DNA from: Gemmatimonadota bacterium
GTDB taxonomy: Bacteria > Gemmatimonadota > Gemmatimonadetes > JACCXV01 > JAHWKZ01
DNA: 52,086 bases
Direction of reading: 5' to 3'
NCBI GenBank assembly: GCA_025937815.1
Contig: JAICQP010000002.1
Coordinates: 1-52,086 of the forward strand
Below are positions 11,680-19,385 of the stretch, one piece after another; the first letter of the stretch is position 1; each line of letters begins with the position of its first letter. The notes below the pieces were generated by a model. The model was not told the DNA's origin and ran no database searches. It was given only the letters and a program-made list of their open reading frames with translations. The position numbers were made by a program, and so were the translations under genes.

Positions 11680-11826
11680 TCAGCGGTCGATGACGCAGAG
11701 CGCGTCTTCGGTCCCGAAGTCGCCCTCCAGAGCACTGCAGTTGGGTGGCTCGCTGGTCCCCGCCGTCAACTCCTGCACGCTCCCGAGGAACTGAAGCTCT
11801 GGCGTTTGGTAAGGCTTCTTTTCCAT
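11680..11826 (-). CDS. 48-aa lasso-type RiPP precursor peptide candidate (not in supplied ORF track)
   Basis: ATG at 11826 is preceded by AGGAGG; TGA ends at 11680. Translation: MEKKPYQTPELQFLGSVQELTAGTSEPPNCSALEGDFGTEDALCVIDR. The leader fits YxxPxLxxxGxxxxxT with Y-17/P-14/L-12/G-8/T-2 relative to Gly23. About 80% of third codon positions are G/C, like the neighbouring genes. Confidence 0.65.
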   Translation of the reverse strand: MEKKPYQTPELQFLGSVQELTAGTSEPPNCSALEGDFGTEDALCVIDR

Positions 11827-12016
11827 GACCCTCCTGGGTTTTCGCTCGATCATCCACTCGACCGCTGGAGCATACTACGCGACTGGTCAGGATTTCAGTA
11901 TACCCGAACGGTCACCTAGCTTCGGTCAGGGGCGGTATGGATTTTGGTTGATTTCATCGACTGGGATTCGGAGCTCTTTTGCCCGGTAGGGAAGCTGCGG
12001 CTAGACTCGATCGTCG

Positions 12017-12910
12017 ATGCGCCGCTCGCTCACGATCCGGGTCGTCCAGCACCGGCCGGTGCTCGGAGATCTGGCGGCCAACCTCGCCGACCACCGGGCC
12101 CGGGCGCGGGCGGCGGCCGAGGAGGGGGTGGACCTCGTCCTCTTCCCCGAGCTGTCGCTGACCGGCTACGGGCTCGGCGACCTGGTCGACGCGGTGGCGC
12201 TCGATCCGGCGCACCCGCTCTGGCCGGAGATGCTCGCCCTCTCCGAGGACGTCGACGTGGCGCTGGGGCTCGTGGAACGAGGCGACCAGGGCTACCTCTA
12301 CAACTCCTGCGCTTATCTCCACCGCGGGGAGCTCCTCCACTGCCACCGGAAGACGTACCTGCCGACCTACGGCGCGTTCGACGAGGGTCGCTTCTTCTCC
12401 CCTGGGCGGGCCATCGAGACGTTCGACGCTCCCTGGGGCCGCGCGGCGCTGGTGGTCTGCGAGGAGTCCTGGCACCCGGCGGTCGCGCACGGGGCCGCCA
12501 TGCAGGGGGCGGACGTCCTGCTCGTGATCTCGAACTCCCCGGGACGCAACCCGCGGGAGGGAGACTGGACGAGCCAGCGGGGCTGGCGCGCGAACCTCTC
12601 CGCCTACGCGCGCCTCTATGCGGTATGGGTCGCCTACGCCAATCGGGTGGGCTACGAGGAGGGGTTCGTCTTCGGCGGCGGCAGCGCGGTGATCGCGCCC
12701 GACGGCCGCGAGCTGCTCGTGGCGGACCCGCTCGAGCCCGAAGAGCTGACGGCGGTGCTCGATGCGGGAGAGCTTCGCCGCGCGCGGATCGCCAACCCGG
12801 CGCACGGGATCGAGCGCCACGAGATGCTGATCGAGGCGCTGGACCGGGCCGGCCGCCGCGAGCCCCGCGGAGCGCGCATGCCCGGCGAGCGCGAGGAAGC
12901 CCGCCCTTGA
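12017..12910 (+). CDS. carbon-nitrogen hydrolase (nitrilase-superfamily glutaminase module of NAD synthetase)
   Basis: Glu-Lys-Cys triad contexts LFPELSLTGY, HRKTYLP and LVVCEESW. It lies immediately upstream of, and overlaps, the NAD synthetase domain gene. Confidence 0.85.
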   Translation: MRRSLTIRVVQHRPVLGDLAANLADHRARARAAAEEGVDLVLFPELSLTGYGLGDLVDAVALDPAHPLWPEMLALSEDVDVALGLVERGDQGYLYNSCAYLHRGELLHCHRKTYLPTYGAFDEGRFFSPGRAIETFDAPWGRAALVVCEESWHPAVAHGAAMQGADVLLVISNSPGRNPREGDWTSQRGWRANLSAYARLYAVWVAYANRVGYEEGFVFGGGSAVIAPDGRELLVADPLEPEELTAVLDAGELRRARIANPAHGIERHEMLIEALDRAGRREPRGARMPGEREEARP

Positions 12911-13749
12911 GCACGGCGACCGCCATCGACAGGGTTCCCCTCCTCGATGCCGACCTCGCCGTTCGCGCGCTGGCGCTGTCGCTCAGCCAGACGCTCGACG
13001 ACGCCGGCCGGAGCGGGTTCGTGGTCGGGCTTTCGGGCGGCGTGGACAGCGCGCTCGCCGCCGCCATCGCGGTCCGCGCGTCGGGCCCGGCTTCCGTGCA
13101 CGCCTTCCACTTGCCGGCCACGGAAAGTGCGACGGAAAGCGAGCGGATCGCGCGCGCGGTCGCTGAGCACCTCGGGATCGAGCTCGCGGTGGTCCCCCTC
13201 GCCGCCCTCGTCGACGGCGCCCCGCTGGCAGCGCCCGAGGCCGCGCGCCGCGGCAACTTCGCCGCTCGGATGCGAATGGCGATCCTCTACGACCGGGCCG
13301 CCGCCCTCGACGCGCTCGTCCTCGGCACGAGCAACAAGAGCGAGATCGCGCTGGGGTACACGACGCTATGGGGCGACATGGCGGCGGACTGCTGGCCGCT
13401 CGGCGACCTGTACAAGACCCAGGTCCTCGATCTCGCGCGCGCGGTCGGGCTGCCGGGCGCCGTGGTCGAGCGCCCACCGTCCGCCGAGCTCTGGGACGGG
13501 CAGACGGACGAAGGCGAGCTGGGGTTCACCTACGGTCAGGCGGATCTCGTCCTGTGCGCTTACCTTGAAGGCAGGCGCCGGCCGGAGGAGATCGCCGGCC
13601 CGGGGATCGACGGGGACACGGTCGCGCGCGTCCTGGACCGCGTGCGGCGGAATGCGTTCAAGCGCCGCCTGCCGTGGATTCCCAAATTGACCACGCGAAC
13701 CGTGGGTCACGATTTCCTGCATCCGCGCGCGTGGCGCGGGCCGGCCTGA
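12907..13749 (+). CDS. nadE: NAD+ synthetase (synthetase/PP-loop domain)
   Basis: PP-loop GLSGGVDSAL, then LVLGTSNKSEIALGYTTLWGDMA and PLGDLYKTQV. The only plausible start is TTG at 12907, overlapping the nitrilase stop (TTGA). The upstream part of track ORF 11944.. is R/G/P-rich read-through. Confidence 0.85.
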   Translation: MSTATAIDRVPLLDADLAVRALALSLSQTLDDAGRSGFVVGLSGGVDSALAAAIAVRASGPASVHAFHLPATESATESERIARAVAEHLGIELAVVPLAALVDGAPLAAPEAARRGNFAARMRMAILYDRAAALDALVLGTSNKSEIALGYTTLWGDMAADCWPLGDLYKTQVLDLARAVGLPGAVVERPPSAELWDGQTDEGELGFTYGQADLVLCAYLEGRRRPEEIAGPGIDGDTVARVLDRVRRNAFKRRLPWIPKLTTRTVGHDFLHPRAWRGPA

Positions 13750-13783
13750 TCGGCCACGGAACCTCGAGGGGGGAGGGGATCTG

Positions 13784-14173
13784 ATGGACACCATGACCTG
13801 GGCCACGATCGCGCTGTGGATCATCGCGTCGTTCTTCCTGGTCCTGACGCTGGTGATGCTCTTCGTCGGCATACCGGTCGCGCTGGACGTCAAGCGCACA
13901 ATCCGGCGAGTTCAGGGGACGATCGACGAGGTGCGAGTAAAGGCGGACCCGATCCTGTTCAAGGCCCAGGAGGTGGCGAGCGACATCCAGGAGATGACCG
14001 CCACCGCCCGCCGGGAGGCCGAGCGGGTGGGCGCGTCGATCGAGAACGTGAGTGGCAGGGTCGACGATTTCGCGGCGCTGATGGAAGTCGTGCAGGAACA
14101 GGTCGAGCGGCCGCTCTTGCGCTCCGTGGCGGCCCTGACGACGGCCCGCAAGACGATCTCGAGGTTCTTCTAG
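13784..14173 (+). CDS. DUF948-like membrane-anchored stress protein
   Basis: 129 aa. One N-terminal TM helix followed by long helical repeats (IDEVRVKADPIL...). Paired with a YtxH-like gene as in Gram-positive general stress loci. Confidence 0.55.
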   Translation: MDTMTWATIALWIIASFFLVLTLVMLFVGIPVALDVKRTIRRVQGTIDEVRVKADPILFKAQEVASDIQEMTATARREAERVGASIENVSGRVDDFAALMEVVQEQVERPLLRSVAALTTARKTISRFF

Positions 14174-14174
14174 C

Positions 14175-14594
14175 ATGAATGCCGAATTCGAAGCGGAAGC
14201 CGAATCGGACGGCGACACCGGAGGAGATACGATGGCTGCACGGGATGCCGGGCTGGCGGATTTCATGATCGCGTTCTCGCTCGGCGCGCTCTTCGGCGCC
14301 GGGATGGCGCTCTTCATCGCGCCCCAGTCCGGGGAGCAAACGCGCAAGGAGCTGGGCAAGAAGTCGAAGAAGTGGAAGAAGCAGGCCGGTAAGAAGCTCG
14401 ACGAGGCCAGCGAGACCCTGAAGGAAACCGGCGGCGACTGGCTGGAGGATGCCGAAGGGATAGTGGAAGACTGGTCGTCGGGGATCGCCGAGATCGTCGA
14501 GGAGGGCATCCAGTCGATCCGCAGCGCCGTGCAGGACGAGATCGAGAAGGTCGAGAAGCGGATCGGAAAGAAGAAGAAGGGGCTGTTCCGCTAG
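14175..14594 (+). CDS. YtxH-like general stress protein
   Basis: 139 aa. GALFGAGMALFIAPQSGEQTRKEL matches the YtxH signature. K/E-rich helical tail. The start is 1 nt after the upstream stop. Confidence 0.65.
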   Translation: MNAEFEAEAESDGDTGGDTMAARDAGLADFMIAFSLGALFGAGMALFIAPQSGEQTRKELGKKSKKWKKQAGKKLDEASETLKETGGDWLEDAEGIVEDWSSGIAEIVEEGIQSIRSAVQDEIEKVEKRIGKKKKGLFR

Positions 14595-14596
14595 AC

Positions 14597-15649
14597 ATGG
14601 CGCTGGTCGCGCTCGCGGTCGCGGCGCTGCTCGTCCTGGCCACGCCCGATTCGCTCTGGGCCTGGGGCCCCACTACGCACGCCTGGCTATCCAGCCAGGT
14701 GCTCGGCAACCTGCAGATCTTTCCGCTTATCGCGCGCGAGATCCTCACGGCGCACCCCTATTCGTATCTCTACGGCAGCCTGTCGGCCGACATCACGCTC
14801 GCCAAGCGGTACGTCCACTACAGCCGTCATTGCCACAACTGGAGCGTCGCCTATGAGATTCTGGACCGCGCGGAGACCCCGCGCCTCCAGGCGTTCGCCC
14901 TCGGCTATCTGAGTCACCTGGCCGCCGACACGATCGCTCACAACACCTTCGTCCCCCGACTCCTGGTCTCGACGCCGCTGAGCAGCAACCTGGGGCACAC
15001 GTACTGGGAGTATCGCTTCGATGCGGCGCTCGACGACCGGTTCCTGAGACTCGCGCGTGAAGTCGTGACGATGGACCACGCCGAGGAGGACGAGCTCCTC
15101 GAGGTCGTCCTCACGCAGGCATTCTTCTCGTTCCAGACGAACAAGCGGATCTTCCAGCAGCTCGTCCACCTCTCGAACCAGGAGCGGTGGCACAACCTGT
15201 GGATCAAGATGGCCGACAGTTCTCGCTGGGAGCTCTCGGATTCGGACGTCGCCGACTATGGAGACTTCGCGATCGGCTACGTAGTCGACTTCCTGAGACG
15301 CGGCGCCGCGAGCCTTTCGCAGAGACTCGATCCCACGGGCAGCGAGCGGCTCGCGCTCGCCAAGAAGCTGAGGCGGCAGTCGTTCCGCGAAGCGCGCCGC
15401 GTGGCGGGCCGCGAGCTGGCTGCGGCGCCGATCACGGCCGCGTTCTCCGGCGAGGCGGGCCGCATCCTCGCCGCGCAGCCGATCCCGCGAAACGAGCTAT
15501 CCGTGCTGGCCGCCGTCTACTTCCCCGACCCCGGCCGGCCTCAGCCGGCCGCGTCGGCCAACGGCCTGCCGGCATGGTTCGAATCCCGCGTTGCACGGGA
15601 TTTCTGGGGCGGATTCACCCACGGCCGGGCGTTGCCGGCCGAAGAGTGA
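14597..15649 (+). CDS. zinc-dependent phospholipase C family protein, secreted
   Basis: The signal peptide ends ...SLWA, followed by W-G-PTTH. This gives a mature N-terminal Trp, as in Zn-PLCs where Trp1 ligates zinc. Also HLAADTIAHN His cluster. The start is 2 nt after the ytxH-like stop. Confidence 0.6.
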   Translation: MALVALAVAALLVLATPDSLWAWGPTTHAWLSSQVLGNLQIFPLIAREILTAHPYSYLYGSLSADITLAKRYVHYSRHCHNWSVAYEILDRAETPRLQAFALGYLSHLAADTIAHNTFVPRLLVSTPLSSNLGHTYWEYRFDAALDDRFLRLAREVVTMDHAEEDELLEVVLTQAFFSFQTNKRIFQQLVHLSNQERWHNLWIKMADSSRWELSDSDVADYGDFAIGYVVDFLRRGAASLSQRLDPTGSERLALAKKLRRQSFREARRVAGRELAAAPITAAFSGEAGRILAAQPIPRNELSVLAAVYFPDPGRPQPAASANGLPAWFESRVARDFWGGFTHGRALPAEE

Positions 15650-15671
15650 TTCGGGCGGGGCGGGAGCCTCG

Positions 15672-16715
15672 CTAGTCCTCCTCGTCCTCTTCCTCTTCGT
15701 CGTCGGTGAGGAGCTCCCCGTCGTTCGCCTCCGCGAGCTCCCGTAGCACTCCCCCGGACTGGTTTTCGCCGAACACCGCGGCATGGATCGTCACGTCCCG
15801 GTCCGCCGTGAGCTCTTCGACCCGGGAGAGGAGTCCCACCGTATCCTCGGGCGGCGCCGCGCCCAGCACGATCACGATCGCCTCGGGCTCGAGCTCGAAG
15901 GCGAGATCGACCCCCCGCAGGAGGTTCTCCGCCGAGACGGTGGGGCCGGAGAGCGTTCCGGAGGGGTTCGCCGGGATCGCCGCCTGCGCCGCGCCCGCCT
16001 GGGCCGCCATCGCAGCGCTCGTGGGGTCGACTCCCGCGGGTGGCATGCCGGCGCCACCGCCGGCGGCATACATCGCCGGGTCGACCGCGAGTCCGGCGGC
16101 CGCCATCAACGCCGATTGCAGGAACCCGTCGCCCTCGACCTTCTGGAGCCCTCCGACGAACTCCCGCGCTTCCTCCCGATTCGATTCGTTGGCCTCAGGC
16201 GCCGGGGAACGCCAGCTCCTCGGGCCACCCTCGAAGGTGATGAGACCGAATCGCTGGTCGTCCTCGAGCCCCTCGATCGCCGCCCGAACATGGTTCCGCG
16301 CGCGCTCGGTCCGGTCGTTCCGCCGCCTCATCACCTCCCGGACGGCCATCCCGGCGGGGCCGGCCGCCCGGAGCGCCCAATCCGATCCCTCCTCCGCGAG
16401 CTTCTGTCGGACATACGCCTCGCCCTGCTGGGCCACCATCTGCTTCAGGTTGTCGACGGCACCCTGGGGTAGATCTACCACCGGGGTCAGATCGACGACG
16501 AAGACGATCGGCGATCCCTCGTCCGTCACGTCCTCTCCGTATACCTCTCCCTTCTCGACTCCCGCCACCATGTTTTTGAGCCGTCCGAGCTGGGCCTCGG
16601 CGGGGAGCGGCGAGAGGACCAGGGCCAGCATGCTGGCCGCGCCGAGGATCACGCCTCTGAGGGAGATCGAACCGGAGGGAAGAAAGGAGAGGATCGGGGT
16701 TCCTCTCGAAAACAC
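15672..16715 (-). CDS. secreted hypothetical protein, degenerate vWA-like fold with Ala/Met/Gly-rich insert and poly-acidic C-terminus
   Basis: Signal-like N-terminus (ASMLALVLSPLPAEAQ). Beta-strand/hydrophobic motifs IVFVVDLT, FGLITFEG, AIVIVLGAAP and IHAAVFG are spaced as in vWA domains. The C-terminus is DDEEEEDEED. The assignment is weak. Confidence 0.3.
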   Translation of the reverse strand: MFSRGTPILSFLPSGSISLRGVILGAASMLALVLSPLPAEAQLGRLKNMVAGVEKGEVYGEDVTDEGSPIVFVVDLTPVVDLPQGAVDNLKQMVAQQGEAYVRQKLAEEGSDWALRAAGPAGMAVREVMRRRNDRTERARNHVRAAIEGLEDDQRFGLITFEGGPRSWRSPAPEANESNREEAREFVGGLQKVEGDGFLQSALMAAAGLAVDPAMYAAGGGAGMPPAGVDPTSAAMAAQAGAAQAAIPANPSGTLSGPTVSAENLLRGVDLAFELEPEAIVIVLGAAPPEDTVGLLSRVEELTADRDVTIHAAVFGENQSGGVLRELAEANDGELLTDDEEEEDEED

Positions 16716-16788
16716 GTCGTAGAGTGTGTGTGTTCCGCTGCGGATACTGTCAGAGCATAGAGCAGCGTTCCATCCCGGTCAATCTCGA

Positions 16789-17505
16789 CTAGCCCGACCC
16801 CAGATAGCCGGCCAGCGCGCCCAGCCCGATAGCCGCGAGCCACAGGAGCGCGACGATACCCCAAGGGCGACCGGTCCGACGGCCGCCTGCGATGACGATC
16901 GTGCGCGCCGCCAGGTCGAACGCGCGTTGCCTGCGCGCCGTGAAGAGCACGAACACTGCGTCGATCGGCCAGATGTCGAACATGAAGGGGATCCTGCGCA
17001 CGACCGCAGTCCAGAACCCGACCCGCTCCCCCGTCTCGCGCGCCACGTACGTCCCGAACACGCGCTTCCCCGCGGTCTGGCCGAACAGGGTCTCGAGAAC
17101 CGGGAAGTAGAGGATCACGAGCACGAACGCGATCACCGCGCCGAGAGCGAGCGCGACGGCCAGCGGCAACGGCCAATCGGACAGCCGGACACTCGAGTAC
17201 GACCCGACCGCCACCACGGCGAGAAGAGTGATCGACGCGATCGCCAGCGCGCCGAGGCCGACATCGAAGAGAAATCCTCCGAGGCGGTCCGCGGGACGGG
17301 CGAGCGGCGGCTCGGTGGATTCCAGAAACCCCCTCGCGACCTCGGCCGGAGGGCCCATGCGCGCAACCGCGCTCGAAGGGTCCTCTCCCGCCGCGACCCG
17401 CTCCGCGAGGTGGCTCCGGAGATCCGCCTCGATCCGGTGCCGCCCCGGAAAGCCGGGTGCGATCCGATGCATCACGTCCTCCACGTAGCGCTCGGTCTCG
17501 TTCAT
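16789..17505 (-). CDS. PadR-associated membrane protein: N-terminal helical sensor/anti-regulator-like module fused to an RDD-family transmembrane domain
   Basis: ATG at 17505 overlaps the padR stop (ATGA). The N-terminus MNETERYVEDVMHRI...EADLRSHLAE resembles DUF1700-type modules encoded next to PadR genes. It is followed by 3-4 TM helices and an RRQRAFDLAARTIVI RDD-like end. Confidence 0.5.
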   Translation of the reverse strand: MNETERYVEDVMHRIAPGFPGRHRIEADLRSHLAERVAAGEDPSSAVARMGPPAEVARGFLESTEPPLARPADRLGGFLFDVGLGALAIASITLLAVVAVGSYSSVRLSDWPLPLAVALALGAVIAFVLVILYFPVLETLFGQTAGKRVFGTYVARETGERVGFWTAVVRRIPFMFDIWPIDAVFVLFTARRQRAFDLAARTIVIAGGRRTGRPWGIVALLWLAAIGLGALAGYLGSG

Positions 17506-17834
17506 GCGCCTCCTTTGCGGTCGAGGATCGCTTCCAGGCCGGCGGCGAATTCCCGCCATTCCGCGGCGAGCCTGTCGAGCTCTGCCTTCCCGGCTCCCGT
17601 GATCCGGTAGTACTTCCGGGGCACCCCCCGCTCCGGCGTCTCCCAGCGCGGCTCTATGAATCCCCCCTCTTCGAGCCGATAGAGAACGGGATAGAGCGTC
17701 CCGTCGCGCACCTCGAGTCTGCCGGCGCTCCACTCCTCGATCGCCGCGACGATCTCGTAGCCGTACCGCTCCCGGTCGGTCAGCAGGGTCAAGAGCACGA
17801 GCTCGATCGTCCCCCGCTTCAGCTCGCGGCTCAT
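17502..17834 (-). CDS. PadR-family transcriptional regulator
   Basis: 110 aa. Winged-helix signature ELVLLTLL...YGYEI...GTLYPVLYRLEEGGFIE...RKYYRITGAG. ATG at 17834. Confidence 0.9.
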   Translation of the reverse strand: MSRELKRGTIELVLLTLLTDRERYGYEIVAAIEEWSAGRLEVRDGTLYPVLYRLEEGGFIEPRWETPERGVPRKYYRITGAGKAELDRLAAEWREFAAGLEAILDRKGGA

Positions 17835-17866
17835 TGGGGAGCTCTCGGTACACGGATACACAAGCT

Positions 17867-17883
17867 ATCTTGCATAACAAGAT
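17867..17883. promoter_or_regulatory. inverted repeat ATCTTG-N5-CAAGAT in the AT-rich padR upstream region (candidate operator)
   Basis: Perfect 6-bp arms, 33-49 nt upstream of the padR ATG, inside the only AT-rich stretch of this intergenic region (caagctatcttgcataacaagataatac). Confidence 0.4.
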
Positions 17884-17944
17884 AATACACGCGACAGGAG
17901 ATCGCCGTCAAGCCCGGGAAGTCACCTCGCCTGGAAAGGTGGGT

Positions 17945-19384
17945 TCAGCCGGCGAGCTTCTCCCGGAGGAGCCGGTTGACGACCTGGGGGTTCGCCTGCC
18001 CGCCGGTCCGCTTCATGACCTGGCCGACGAAGAACCCCATCAGGCCCTGCTTGCCGCCGCGGTAGGCGGCGACCTCGGCCGGGTGGTCGACGATCACCGC
18101 GGCGACCTCGGCCTCCAGCGCGGCCTCGTCGGATACCTGCGCCAGCCCGCGCTCGGAGACGATCTCGGCGGCGGCCTTCCCGGTCTCGACCATGAGCGCG
18201 AGCACGTCCTTTGCCACGCTCCCCGAGATCTTCCCCTCGGCCTTGAGCGCTAGGAGGTCGACCAACGCGGCGGGCGCCAGCGGTTGGGGGGTGGGCGCGA
18301 GCCTCACATCCACCCCACGTTCGCGCGCCAGGCGCAGAACCTCGCCCATGACCCAGTTCGAGACTTCCTTCGCGTCGCCGAGCGCGCGCGCCGCCGCCTC
18401 GAACCAGTCTGCCAGCTGGCGCGTCGCGGTAAGGACACCCGCGTCGTACGAGGGGAGTTCGTACTCCGACTCGAGGCGCGCCGCGCGCGCTGCGGGCGAC
18501 TCGGGCAGCTCCGACCGGATCGCCGCAAGGTGGGCGGGATCGACGTCCAGAGGCTCCAGATCCGGCTCAGGGAAGTACCTGTAGTCGTGGGACATCTCCT
18601 TGGAGCGCATTGGTCGCGCCTCTTCTTTCGCCGAGTCCCACAGGAGCGTTTCGTGGACGACCGGCTCCCCGCGCTCGACGAGCTTCGCCTGGCGCTCGAT
18701 CTCGAACGCGAGCGCCGCCTCCACGTAGCGGAACGAGTTCACGTTCTTGACCTCCGTCTTCGTGGAGAGCGCCGTGTCGCCCGGGCGACGGATAGAGACG
18801 TTGGCGTCGCAGCGCAGGCTCCCCTCTTCCATGTTGCAGTCCGACACGTCGAGGTACTCGAGCGTCTGCTTCAAGACGGAGAGGTACAGATACGCCTCGC
18901 GCGGGCTCGCGAGGTCGGGCTCGGAGACGATCTCGATGAGCGGCGTGCCGCAGCGGTTGAAGTCGACCCGCGTGCCGTCCGCGGCGTGTGTGGACTTGCC
19001 CGCGTCCTCCTCGAGGTGGACGCGCGTGATGCGAACCGTCTTGCGGCTTCCGTCGTCGAGCCGGATCTCGAGCGTTCCGCCGGTCGCCAGCGGCCGATCG
19101 TACTGGGAGATCTGGTATCCTTTCGGGAGGTCGGGATAGAAGTAGTGCTTCCGCGCGAAGATAGAGCGCGGGTGCACTTCGCAGCCGAGCGCGATCGCGG
19201 CGCGCACGGCGAGGTCCACCGCGCCGGCGTTGAGCATCGGAAGCGAACCCGGGTAGCCGAGGCAAATCGGGCAGATCTGCGTGTTGGGCGGCGCCCCGTA
19301 GGCCGTCGAGCAGCCGCAGAAGATCTTGCTCTCGGTCGAGAGCTGGACGTGGACCTCTAAGCCGATGACAGGCTCGTATCCCAT
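17945..19384 (-). CDS. gatB: Asp-tRNA(Asn)/Glu-tRNA(Gln) amidotransferase subunit B
   Basis: ATG at 19384. The N-terminus MGYEPVIGLEVHVQL...KIFCGC...ICPICLGYPGSLP is canonical GatB, with a C-terminal YqeY-like tail. Upstream track codons are read-through. Confidence 0.95.
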   Translation of the reverse strand: MGYEPVIGLEVHVQLSTESKIFCGCSTAYGAPPNTQICPICLGYPGSLPMLNAGAVDLAVRAAIALGCEVHPRSIFARKHYFYPDLPKGYQISQYDRPLATGGTLEIRLDDGSRKTVRITRVHLEEDAGKSTHAADGTRVDFNRCGTPLIEIVSEPDLASPREAYLYLSVLKQTLEYLDVSDCNMEEGSLRCDANVSIRRPGDTALSTKTEVKNVNSFRYVEAALAFEIERQAKLVERGEPVVHETLLWDSAKEEARPMRSKEMSHDYRYFPEPDLEPLDVDPAHLAAIRSELPESPAARAARLESEYELPSYDAGVLTATRQLADWFEAAARALGDAKEVSNWVMGEVLRLARERGVDVRLAPTPQPLAPAALVDLLALKAEGKISGSVAKDVLALMVETGKAAAEIVSERGLAQVSDEAALEAEVAAVIVDHPAEVAAYRGGKQGLMGFFVGQVMKRTGGQANPQVVNRLLREKLAG

Positions 19385-19385
19385 G

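Noticed and set aside
11565-11735. GTG 11735 as the start of the Asn-synthetase-like gene, which would overlap the precursor ORF by 56 nt.
   Set aside because: The added 57 residues (VLWRATSGPKTRSASSTAELRV...) look like off-frame sequence and contain the spacer hairpin. ATG 11564 precedes the first conserved block. I cannot exclude the GTG start without N-terminal data.
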